DNA of 44,944 nucleotides from an uncultured Arcobacter sp. (GCA_937860115.1 CALMBI010000091.1:1-44944); one strand, 5' to 3'; positions 9,654-18,163 are shown, counted from the first letter of the stretch. Program-made: numbers and translations. Notes: generated from the sequence alone by a model not told the origin.

Positions 9654-10031
9654 ATGAATTTAAAAGAGGTTATGTATGGATTTTTTCTTTTATTGGCATT
9701 AACATCAAATTTCACATTTTTTTATAGTTATCAATACACGCTTTTTGGATCAAATATTTTCCTTTTGGGTGTTGCAATTTTTTTTAATTTGATAATGGTT
9801 TTTAGGAAACTGAACGACGAACATCAGTTAGGTGCGGTGTTTTTATCAACATCAATCGTTGCATTATTGGAACTCATTTTAGCTGGTTTGATAGTTGTGT
9901 ATAGTTACTACTATTCTATTGAAAGTGAAGCATTTGCAAGTAGCGTCATTTCACTTTCAGGTGGAGCATTACTTGCAAATATAATCTCTGTTGGGATGTA
10001 TGTTATCTACACTATAAAATATAAAGCTTAA
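9654..10031 (+). CDS. Small integral membrane protein, unknown function (about 4 TM)
   Basis: 125 aa and strongly hydrophobic. It lies 10 nt after ktrA on the same strand. I recognise no motif. Confidence 0.55.
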   Translation: MNLKEVMYGFFLLLALTSNFTFFYSYQYTLFGSNIFLLGVAIFFNLIMVFRKLNDEHQLGAVFLSTSIVALLELILAGLIVVYSYYYSIESEAFASSVISLSGGALLANIISVGMYVIYTIKYKA

Positions 10032-10033
10032 AG

Positions 10034-10067
10034 AATATACAAAAAGTTTAGAATCTTTTTGTATATT
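10034..10067. terminator. AT-rich 13-bp hairpin between convergent genes (putative bidirectional terminator)
   Basis: AATATACAAAAAG (10034-10046) pairs with CTTTTTGTATATT (10055-10067), with an 8-nt loop. It overlaps the last codons of msrA. Confidence 0.45.
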
Positions 10068-10593
10068 TATGGCAATAAGGTGCTTTGTTGTGTTTAAAGT
10101 AGTAGTCTTGATGATACTCTTCAGCTGCAAAAAATGGGGTATTTTTTGTAGAAATCAGTTTCGTTGCTATTTTATATCCCTTGGATTCTAAGATAGCTAT
10201 AAGTTTTTTTGCTACCTCTTTTTCATTTTCATCATTGTAAAAAATTGCACTTAAATATTGTTCTCCTATATCTGGACCTTGACCATTTTTTTGTGTTGGA
10301 TCGTGTATTTCAAAAAAGAGTTTTGCTAATGATTCAAATGAAACAACTTTTGAATCATAAGTGATTTTGACAACTTCAAGATGCCCAGTATTGCCATAAC
10401 AAACCTCTTTATAGCTTGGATTATTCACAGTTCCACCCATATATCCACTTACAGCACTTTTAACACCATTGAGTTTTTCGAAATGATATTCAACTCCCCA
10501 AAAACAACCGCCTGCAAAATAGGCATTTTTTATATTTTCCATTTTAGCTCCATATAGATTGAGTGTAATTAAAACTAATAATAGATATTTCAT
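10048..10593 (-). CDS. msrA: Peptide methionine (S)-sulfoxide reductase
   Basis: GGCFWGVE catalytic motif. The longest ORF is 181 aa with a hydrophobic N-terminus. An internal ATG at 10542 (MENIKNAYFAGGCFWG) has GGAG 7 nt upstream. Confidence 0.9.
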   Translation of the reverse strand: MKYLLLVLITLNLYGAKMENIKNAYFAGGCFWGVEYHFEKLNGVKSAVSGYMGGTVNNPSYKEVCYGNTGHLEVVKITYDSKVVSFESLAKLFFEIHDPTQKNGQGPDIGEQYLSAIFYNDENEKEVAKKLIAILESKGYKIATKLISTKNTPFFAAEEYHQDYYFKHNKAPYCHKYTKRF

Positions 10594-11009
10594 TAGTCTT
10601 TTTTAAAGTTGATTGAAACAGAATTTACACAATGTCTAGTGTTTTTTGAGGTAAATCCTTCACCTTTGAAAACATGCCCAAGATGTCCACCACATTTAGC
10701 ACAAACAATCTCTACTCTTCTTCCATCTGCATCAGGAATCTCTTTGACCGCACCTTTGATAGCATCATCAAAACTTGGCCATCCTGTACCACTATTGAAT
10801 TTTGCATTAGATTTGAAAAGTGGGCTATTGCACTTTTTGCAAGTGTATGTTCCATCTTCTTTGTGATTGTAGTATTCACCACTAAAAGCTCTTTCTGTTC
10901 CTTTGTTTTCAATCACATGTTTTTCAAAATCATTTAATTCATTGTATTTCATTTTATCTCCTCCACTCATAATTGATATGATAGTTGCTATTAATAGTAT
11001 ATTTTTCAT
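10593..11009 (-). CDS. msrB: Peptide methionine (R)-sulfoxide reductase
   Basis: Two CxxC zinc motifs (CKKC, CAKC) and the RHCVNS catalytic motif. The longest ORF is 138 aa. An internal ATG at 10952 has a strong GGAGGA 7 nt upstream. Confidence 0.9.
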   Translation of the reverse strand: MKNILLIATIISIMSGGDKMKYNELNDFEKHVIENKGTERAFSGEYYNHKEDGTYTCKKCNSPLFKSNAKFNSGTGWPSFDDAIKGAVKEIPDADGRRVEIVCAKCGGHLGHVFKGEGFTSKNTRHCVNSVSINFKKD

Positions 11010-11079
11010 GAGTAAATTGTATATAAAGAGATTGAAAAGTTATGATAATCTTTAAGTTACAAAAAAGAATTTATATACT

Positions 11080-11466
11080 TTAAAGAGTTTCTTTTTTGAT
11101 ATAAATTTGGGTACAAAATTCACCGTTAAGATCGGTGCAAATATCTATCGTTATCCCCATCTGTTCTATTTGTTTTGTAAAGTGAGTTACATTTTTTATT
11201 AATGGAGCATTATTATAAGATACAATTTGATCACGAATTTGTAGAGAATTTAAAGTGGAATCATTTTTTATTTTGTATTCTAAAAAATGTCTAGTTGTTT
11301 CAAAATCAAGTTTTGTGATTGTTTGATGATAGGTAAAATCCTCTTTTTGAGTAAGATGAAAAAGAATTGAATATCCACTATAAAGTAAAATAGCACCTAT
11401 AATAGAACTGAGTAACACTTCCAAAAGAGTAAATGATCTTTTAGTTTGCAAAGGAAAAATACTCAC
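11080..11466 (-). CDS. Prepilin-type N-terminal cleavage/methylation domain protein (pseudopilin-like)
   Basis: 128 aa. KRSFTLLEVLLSSIIGAILL is the class III signal / N-methylation motif (FTLxE) followed by a hydrophobic helix. Confidence 0.7.
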   Translation of the reverse strand: MSIFPLQTKRSFTLLEVLLSSIIGAILLYSGYSILFHLTQKEDFTYHQTITKLDFETTRHFLEYKIKNDSTLNSLQIRDQIVSYNNAPLIKNVTHFTKQIEQMGITIDICTDLNGEFCTQIYIKKETL

Positions 11467-11653
11467 TATTTATTATTGTAGTAGTTCGTAAAAAATTATT
11501 ATGACTATTTTGTAGTTCTTGATATGTTTGTTGTTTAAGTGGGTTTGTTATAAATTGGTTATAGCCACTTATTATTACGGATAAAATAACAAGTGCCAAA
11601 AGTGTTTCAACAAGAGTGAAACTACTTTTTGCTAAGTTCGCAGGCTTTCTCAT
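11441..11653 (-). CDS. Small prepilin-type N-terminal methylation domain protein (pseudopilin-like)
   Basis: KSSFTLVETLLALVILSVIISG motif. The ORF is open to 11674, and ATG 11653 (MRKPANLAK) still overlaps the proC 3' end by 32 nt. It overlaps the next pseudopilin gene by 26 nt. Confidence 0.6.
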   Translation of the reverse strand: MRKPANLAKSSFTLVETLLALVILSVIISGYNQFITNPLKQQTYQELQNSHNNFLRTTTIINSEYFSFAN

Positions 11654-12392
11654 AAGCACTTTTGATAGCTTCAATCATCCCACTTCGAACACCATTTTTT
11701 TCGATAGTTGCATACCCCGCAGCTGTTGTGCCACCTGGGCTCATCACAGAGTCTTTTATCTCACTTGGTTTGGCATTTGCTATCATTGGTGCAAATCCAC
11801 TAAAAAGTCCTTGAACGAGTCTATTTGCATCTGCTCTTGCAAGTCCAGCATTTACTCCACCATCACTGAGTGCCTCAGCAATAAGTGCTAAAAATGCTGG
11901 ACCACTTCCAGCTACTGCTGTTGCTATATCTATCTCTTTTTCTGTTTTGAGCCAAAGCGTTTCTCCAATATTGCTAAATATCTCTATTGCTTCAGCTTTC
12001 AAAGCTTCATCACCTGTAAGTGTCGTCATCGATTTTTGATAACTTGCAGCCACATTTGGCATCGCTCTGATATAGCTTTTTGCTTTGATTTTCTCTTGTA
12101 AAGTTTCAAGTTTTGTTCCTGCTAAAACAGAGTACAAACTATTTGCACACCCTTGTAGTTTTGGGCTCAGATCCTCTAAAGAGTTTGGTTTCACACAAAG
12201 AATAATATCTTTGCCTTCGATGTTGAGTGATTCGTTTAGTGGATATATGTTTAATTCATTTATCTCTTTTTTTAAAGCATCCAATGAGCTTTCATTTCTT
12301 CCATACACTTCAAGTGTGTATTTTCCGACAAGCCCTTTTATCATAGCTTTTGCCATATTTCCATTTCCGATAAATGTGAGTGTTTTTTTCAA
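11622..12392 (-). CDS. proC: Pyrroline-5-carboxylate reductase
   Basis: 256 aa. FIGNGNMAKAMIKGL Rossmann motif and the MSPGGTT motif of the P5CR dimerisation domain. Confidence 0.9.
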   Translation of the reverse strand: MKKTLTFIGNGNMAKAMIKGLVGKYTLEVYGRNESSLDALKKEINELNIYPLNESLNIEGKDIILCVKPNSLEDLSPKLQGCANSLYSVLAGTKLETLQEKIKAKSYIRAMPNVAASYQKSMTTLTGDEALKAEAIEIFSNIGETLWLKTEKEIDIATAVAGSGPAFLALIAEALSDGGVNAGLARADANRLVQGLFSGFAPMIANAKPSEIKDSVMSPGGTTAAGYATIEKNGVRSGMIEAIKSAYEKACELSKK

Positions 12393-12476
12393 ATTGAGAT
12401 TCCTTATGGTTGATAAAAATATCGCTTATTGTATCGGTTAGAGAATTAAACTATCTATAAATAGAGGAATTTTGTG

Positions 12477-12482
12477 TATAAT
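12477..12482 (+). promoter_or_regulatory. Candidate -10 box for uvrA
   Basis: TATAAT is preceded by TGTG and lies 38 nt upstream of the uvrA ATG, in the divergent proC/uvrA spacer. Confidence 0.3.
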
Positions 12483-12520
12483 ATTCGGTTTTTTAAATTA
12501 ATGATAACAACGGGAAAACA

Positions 12521-15328
12521 ATGACAGATACAATAAAAATATTTAATGCAAATGAAAACAATCTCAAAAATATCTCACTAGAGATACCAAAAAATAAGCT
12601 TATAGTTTTTACAGGACTCAGTGGAAGTGGGAAGTCAACTCTAGCTTTTGATACACTTTATGCTGAGGGGCAAAGAAGATATATTGAGAGTTTATCGGCT
12701 TATGCAAGACAGTTTTTGGGAAAAGTTGGAAAGCCAGATGTTGAGAGAATTGAGGGGCTTACTCCTGCTATTGCGATTGATCAAAAAACAACCTCAAAAA
12801 ATCCACGAAGTACAGTTGGGACTATCACAGAGATATACGATTATTTAAGACTTTTATATGCAAGAGTAGGGGTGCAACATTGTCATAAATGTGGAAAAAA
12901 AATCTCAAAAATGTCAAGTAGTGATGTTATTGAGCAGGTTTTATCTCTTCCTGATGAATCTAAAATTGTTATCTTAGCTCCACTTGTAAATCGTAAAAAA
13001 GGGACATTTGCTGATTTGTTTGATTCGATGAGAGCAAAAGGATATGTAAGAGCGATGGTTGATGGTGTGATGGTACGACTTGATGAAGAGATAGACCTTG
13101 GAAAGTCCCAAATGCACACGATTAAAGTGGTGATTGATAGAGTTGTAGTCAAAGATGAAAATCGCCAAAGAATCGCTGAAGGTGTAGAAAAGGGACTTAA
13201 AGAGAGTTTTGGAGAGCTTGAGATTGATGTACTTAATCATGAAGAGGTTGGAACTGAAGCACATATCCATTATAGTGAGCATATGGCTTGCTTTGATTGT
13301 AAAATCTCTTTTGAACCACTAGAACCACTGAGCTTTTCATTTAACTCTCCAAAAGGTGCTTGTCCATCATGTGATGGGCTAGGTATAAGATATGCACTTG
13401 ATATGAAAAAAGTGATAAATGAGGAACTTTCTATCGATGAAGGTGCTATTAAAGTTATCTATGGATTTAATAAAGGGTTTTATTTTAAGATGCTTCAAGC
13501 ATATTGTGAAGAGGCAAAAATAAATACAAAAATACCATTTAAAGAGCTTGAATCACATCAGAGAGGGGCTATTTTACATGGAGGTGTTGAGGAGTTCTCT
13601 TTCTTTTGGAAAAGACATAAACTTACTCGTACTTGGGAAGGGATTACAAAAATCGCTTATGATATGATTAAGTCAGAGAGTGATAGTGAAGAGTATATGA
13701 GTGAAAAAAAATGTGATAGTTGCGGTGGATATAGATTAAAGCCAGCAAGTTTAAGTGTAATGGTTGCTGATAAAAAAATCAGTGATATTTTAGATATGCC
13801 GATTGAAGATAGCCATATTTTTTTCCACAACGATGAAAACTTTGCCCATTTCAATACTCAACATAAGATGATTTCAACTCCTATTTTAAAAGAGATAAAA
13901 GAGAGAATATTTTTCCTTTTTGATGTGGGGCTTGGATATATCACTTTAGGGCGAGATGCACGAACAATTAGTGGTGGAGAAGCTCAAAGGATACGAGTTG
14001 CTAGTCAAATAGGAAGTGGGCTTACAGGGGTGTTGTATGTACTAGATGAGCCAAGTATTGGACTTCATGAAAGAGATACTGCTAAACTTATCAAAACTCT
14101 TTTAGCTCTTAGAGATAAAGGAAATACTGTTATCGTTGTGGAACACGATAAAGAAACTATGGAAGCTGCTGATTTTATCGTGGATATCGGACCAAATGCT
14201 GGAAAATTTGGTGGAGAGGTCGTATTTAGTGGAACGATGGAGGAACTACTCAAATCAAATACACTCACAGCTGATTATTTAAGTGGACGAAAAGAGATTA
14301 AATACTACAAAAGACGACCACAGGAGGAGTGGATAGAGATACACAATGTAAACCTGAATAATATTAAAAATTTAAGTGCAAAAATTCCACTTAAAAACCT
14401 TGTAGCAGTAACTGGAGTAAGTGGAAGTGGAAAATCTTCACTTATTTTGCAAACACTTTTACCAGTAGCTAAAGAGCTTTTAAATCATGCAAGAAAAGTG
14501 AATAAAGTAGATGGTGTAAGCATTGAAGGTTTAGAAAAACTTGATAAAGTAATCTACCTTGACCAATCTCCAATAGGAAGAACTCCACGAAGTAATCCAG
14601 CAACTTATACAGGACTTATGGATGATTTACGAAAACTTTTTACAGAAACTAAAGAAGCAAAACTTAGAGGGTATCAAGTGGGAAGATTTAGTTTCAATGT
14701 AAAAGGTGGACGATGTGAGAAATGTCAAGGTGAGGGGGAGCTTAAAATTGAGATGCACTTCTTACCTGATATTATGGTCGTTTGTGAAGAGTGTCGTGGG
14801 AAAAGGTACAATGCCCAAACTTTAGAGATACTCTATCGTGGGAAATCGATAGCTGATGTACTTGAAATGAGTGTAACAGAAGCGTATGATTTTTTTGTAA
14901 AAGTGCCAAAACTCCATCAAAAACTCAAAACTCTTATCGATGTTGGGCTTGGATATATCACATTGGGGCAAAATGCAGTAACTCTTAGTGGTGGGGAAGC
15001 TCAAAGGATAAAACTAAGTAAAGAACTTAGTAAAAAAGATACAGGGAACACTTTGTATGTCCTTGATGAGCCAACGACTGGACTTCACTTTGCAGATGTT
15101 GATAGATTAACAGGAGTGCTCCATCATCTTGTTGATATGGGAAATAGTGTGATAGTGATTGAACATAATCTTGATGTTGTAAGAAATGCTGATTATGTTA
15201 TCGATATGGGATATGAAGGTGGAGCAAAAGGTGGTCAAATCATCGCTTTAGGGACACCAGAAGAGGTAGCTGCTACCAATGGTGAAACAGGCAGTTATAC
15301 TGGATATTATCTAGCTAAAGAGTTATAA
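12521..15328 (+). CDS. uvrA: Excinuclease ABC subunit A
   Basis: 935 aa. Two ABC modules (GLSGSGKST, GVSGSGKSS; two LSGGEAQR signatures) and zinc-finger CxxC pairs. Confidence 0.97.
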   Translation: MTDTIKIFNANENNLKNISLEIPKNKLIVFTGLSGSGKSTLAFDTLYAEGQRRYIESLSAYARQFLGKVGKPDVERIEGLTPAIAIDQKTTSKNPRSTVGTITEIYDYLRLLYARVGVQHCHKCGKKISKMSSSDVIEQVLSLPDESKIVILAPLVNRKKGTFADLFDSMRAKGYVRAMVDGVMVRLDEEIDLGKSQMHTIKVVIDRVVVKDENRQRIAEGVEKGLKESFGELEIDVLNHEEVGTEAHIHYSEHMACFDCKISFEPLEPLSFSFNSPKGACPSCDGLGIRYALDMKKVINEELSIDEGAIKVIYGFNKGFYFKMLQAYCEEAKINTKIPFKELESHQRGAILHGGVEEFSFFWKRHKLTRTWEGITKIAYDMIKSESDSEEYMSEKKCDSCGGYRLKPASLSVMVADKKISDILDMPIEDSHIFFHNDENFAHFNTQHKMISTPILKEIKERIFFLFDVGLGYITLGRDARTISGGEAQRIRVASQIGSGLTGVLYVLDEPSIGLHERDTAKLIKTLLALRDKGNTVIVVEHDKETMEAADFIVDIGPNAGKFGGEVVFSGTMEELLKSNTLTADYLSGRKEIKYYKRRPQEEWIEIHNVNLNNIKNLSAKIPLKNLVAVTGVSGSGKSSLILQTLLPVAKELLNHARKVNKVDGVSIEGLEKLDKVIYLDQSPIGRTPRSNPATYTGLMDDLRKLFTETKEAKLRGYQVGRFSFNVKGGRCEKCQGEGELKIEMHFLPDIMVVCEECRGKRYNAQTLEILYRGKSIADVLEMSVTEAYDFFVKVPKLHQKLKTLIDVGLGYITLGQNAVTLSGGEAQRIKLSKELSKKDTGNTLYVLDEPTTGLHFADVDRLTGVLHHLVDMGNSVIVIEHNLDVVRNADYVIDMGYEGGAKGGQIIALGTPEEVAATNGETGSYTGYYLAKEL

Positions 15329-15329
15329 G

Positions 15330-15917
15330 ATGGCGACAAGAATAGAATTTGGTAAATTATCACAAACAAAGAAAAATGCTGTATTTTTAGCTATTTATAC
15401 AAATGAAATCGCTCCTTGGAAATACTTTATGGATGAGATGAAACACACGATTTGCCCTGGAGTTATTATGATTGATCGTTGGGATGGACGGATTGGATTT
15501 CCTGGAGGTACACTTGAAGATGGAGAGCCTTTGCAAGATGCACTTGTAAGAGAAATATATGAAGAGATTGGAATAAGAGTAAAACTTAATAAAGTGCAAG
15601 AAGTTGTCTCTTTTGAGAGTGAAAAGATTGTGACTCATCTTTATGCTTTGTGTGTACATGAGGTGGAGTTTCTACATATTTATTATCATATACTTAACAA
15701 TTTTGGAAGATCTATTTTAAAGCATGCTTATGAAGATAAAGATGAATCCCATTTTATGTCAGAGATCACAGGGATCAAAATAGTGCCTATTATCAAACAC
15801 AATAATAAAGGGATCAACAAATTCTTGCAAGGGAGTTTCGCTGGAAGTTCTAAAGAGGATATGTTGGTGTTTTTGGAAGAGACTTTAAAACTTGATCTAA
15901 CAACTATTCTTGAATAG
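15330..15917 (+). CDS. NUDT16-type Nudix hydrolase
   Basis: 195 aa. Perfect Nudix box G60-x5-E-x7-REIYEEIGI (15507-15575). DRWDGRIGFPGG, IVTHLYA and GINKFLQGSFAGSSKEDML parallel human NUDT16 (MRFDGRLGFPGG, VVAHFYA, GLPTFLENSFIGSAREQLL) as I recall it. It starts 2 nt after the uvrA stop. Confidence 0.75.
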   Translation: MATRIEFGKLSQTKKNAVFLAIYTNEIAPWKYFMDEMKHTICPGVIMIDRWDGRIGFPGGTLEDGEPLQDALVREIYEEIGIRVKLNKVQEVVSFESEKIVTHLYALCVHEVEFLHIYYHILNNFGRSILKHAYEDKDESHFMSEITGIKIVPIIKHNNKGINKFLQGSFAGSSKEDMLVFLEETLKLDLTTILE

Positions 15918-16383
15918 CTTCATCAAGAGTTTTTTTTTCAAAACCAAATGTTTTAGCTAAAAGCTTAAACGTAAGTTCTCTCTTCGTTTGAGTATTGTTA
16001 TAGGGGATAGTTTCATCATAGAGTTTTGAGATGATTTTTCCCATAAATCCTTCCTTTTGAAAACCAGCAGTTTTTCCTGATAAAAGATAGGTAGAAAGTG
16101 CTGACTTTAGACTTCCCTCAGTATCTACAGCAATGTCATATTTTCCTTTTTTAGCATGAGATTTTAGTTTTGAATAATACAAGTTGAGATCAGCTAACCT
16201 AAATTGACTTGCATGGAGAGGAAAAATATGAGCGAACGAATTTGATTCTAAATTTTCTGTAGGGTAATGATTGCAATAAATATCAATATTAGGATTGATG
16301 ATCTCTTCGTTTATAAAAGGTAAACATTCTATTATTGTCTGAATTTCTGAAGAATCTTGAAGATTAACTATTGTAATATTCAA
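15904..16383 (-). CDS. GT9 heptosyltransferase (WaaC) N-terminal-domain-like protein, truncated
   Basis: 159 aa. KYDIAVDTEGSLKSALSTYLLSGKTAGF...TKRELTFKLLAKTFGF parallels E. coli WaaC residues around YDAVIDAQGLVKSAALV...VERTRELFAKSLGY. The C-terminal sugar-nucleotide domain is absent. 4-nt overlap with gppA. Confidence 0.55.
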   Translation of the reverse strand: MNITIVNLQDSSEIQTIIECLPFINEEIINPNIDIYCNHYPTENLESNSFAHIFPLHASQFRLADLNLYYSKLKSHAKKGKYDIAVDTEGSLKSALSTYLLSGKTAGFQKEGFMGKIISKLYDETIPYNNTQTKRELTFKLLAKTFGFEKKTLDEAIQE

Positions 16384-17864
16384 ATAATCACTCCATTAAA
16401 ATTGAGCTCTAAAGTAAAATCGATCGGTTTTTCAAGTCGTAAAAGATCTTTTTGAGAGACATAATGCTCTTGTGTGGAGTGAATAGTAAATTTATTTTTA
16501 TCTAAAGCATATTCGTATGGGTATCTTTCATATTCACTATTGAGTAAGTTATTGAGACTATGAATATAACTTAACCATTGAAGAGTTAGTATATTTGGTA
16601 AGAGGTTTTTAAATGGTTTTATACTTACTTCTTTAGGAAGATTTTTTGTTGAATATTTGATGATTGTTGCTATTAAAATTCTATCTTCATGCGAAAAACC
16701 ATAGTTAAGACCATTTAAGATGAAATTGGAGCTGTGCTCTGTGTTTTTATAAAAATTGAGGCTCACACCAGTTTGTTGCAATTTTGCAGCGAGTACAAGG
16801 TATGATTTGAAGTTTGAATCTATTTTGTGTAAAGGTTCTAAAGCATCAAATAATTTACTTATATTGTTTCCAAGAAATGCTGTTTGTTTTGGATCTTCAG
16901 TAAATCTATCAAGAAGACTTCTCACACTTACTTGAAAATTAGATGGAAATTTATGATTTGATGTTCTTAAAATATCTGTTAAATAAACTCCTTCTCTTAC
17001 GCCTACTCCAGAAGTAACAACTGTTTTTGTTTCAAGATATTCTAAAATCGTCTTAAATATAAAAGTACCAGTTTTAATAGTATCAAATCTATCAGATCGA
17101 ACACCAAGAGTTGAAAGTTTACTATTTGTTTTTGCTTTGAGGATGTTATCAAACAATCCAAAAGCATCTTTTGATTGATATGTAAATCCATGGAGTACAT
17201 CAAAAGGGTGTTTTGTATTGATGATGATTGCACGACTAAGAGCCCTTGCTGTTCCACCAAGACCTACAACTGTTCCAATCTCTTTATATTCAACAGGAAG
17301 TTGCAAGAGTTGATCAATAATATATTTTTTTGCACCATCAAAATCATTTTTATCAAAAAAAAGTTCTTTAAGTCTTACTGTTCCAATATTCAGTGAATAT
17401 GTTTTTTCGATATTTTTATTGACTACAAGGGCAAATTCAGTACTTCCTCCACCGATGTCAACAGTCGTAAAATGGGTCTCTTTTAAAAGATTACTTGCTC
17501 CAACTGCACCATAATATGATTCTTTTTCTCCATCAATTACTTTGATATCGATCCCAAGTTCATTTTTAACACGTGAGAGAAAAATAGATCTATTTGGGGC
17601 ATCTCGTAGAGCTGAAGTTGCAACGCAAAGTGTTTTTCGAGATTTAAGATTTTTTGCAATATTTAAAAATGATTCCATTGCACTAAATGCTCTTTGCATA
17701 GGGATCTCTTGAAGATATCCATCATTTTGATACGAATTTTCTGATATTTTTACTTTTGATTTTGTTTCGTTGATAAGGTGGAAAGCAAAGCGACTAGTTT
17801 TTTTAAACACCACCATCCGCATTGAGTTTGAACCAATGTCGATGATGGTTGTTATTTTAGCCAT
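16380..17864 (-). CDS. gppA: Exopolyphosphatase / guanosine pentaphosphate phosphohydrolase (Ppx/GppA family)
   Basis: 494 aa. IDIGSNSMRMVVF and DIGGGSTEF ASKHA-fold motifs plus a C-terminal HD-like region. Confidence 0.9.
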   Translation of the reverse strand: MAKITTIIDIGSNSMRMVVFKKTSRFAFHLINETKSKVKISENSYQNDGYLQEIPMQRAFSAMESFLNIAKNLKSRKTLCVATSALRDAPNRSIFLSRVKNELGIDIKVIDGEKESYYGAVGASNLLKETHFTTVDIGGGSTEFALVVNKNIEKTYSLNIGTVRLKELFFDKNDFDGAKKYIIDQLLQLPVEYKEIGTVVGLGGTARALSRAIIINTKHPFDVLHGFTYQSKDAFGLFDNILKAKTNSKLSTLGVRSDRFDTIKTGTFIFKTILEYLETKTVVTSGVGVREGVYLTDILRTSNHKFPSNFQVSVRSLLDRFTEDPKQTAFLGNNISKLFDALEPLHKIDSNFKSYLVLAAKLQQTGVSLNFYKNTEHSSNFILNGLNYGFSHEDRILIATIIKYSTKNLPKEVSIKPFKNLLPNILTLQWLSYIHSLNNLLNSEYERYPYEYALDKNKFTIHSTQEHYVSQKDLLRLEKPIDFTLELNFNGVII

Positions 17865-17867
17865 AAA

Positions 17868-18122
17868 TTAATAGTCTTCCTCTTGGAGTTGTTGAAATTT
17901 AAATTTTAACTCTTGTATTGTTTCTTGGTTATCAGGATCTACTTGGATACAATCAACTGGACAAACTTCTACGCAAGCTGGCTCTTCATAGTGACCAACA
18001 CATTCAGTACATCTGTCACTATCAATAATGTATATCGGATCTCCCTCTTCAATAGCATCGTTTGGGCATTCTTCTCTACATGCATCACATGCAATACATT
18101 CATCAGTAATCATTAATGACAT
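17868..18122 (-). CDS. fdxA: 2[4Fe-4S] ferredoxin (YfhL/FdxA type)
   Basis: 84 aa. CIACDACREECP and CTECVGHYEEPACVEVCP cluster motifs. Same position relative to gppA as in H. pylori. Confidence 0.85.
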   Translation of the reverse strand: MSLMITDECIACDACREECPNDAIEEGDPIYIIDSDRCTECVGHYEEPACVEVCPVDCIQVDPDNQETIQELKFKFQQLQEEDY

Positions 18123-18163
18123 AATTATTTTCCTATGTTTAAATTAAATTGTGGAGTTATAAC

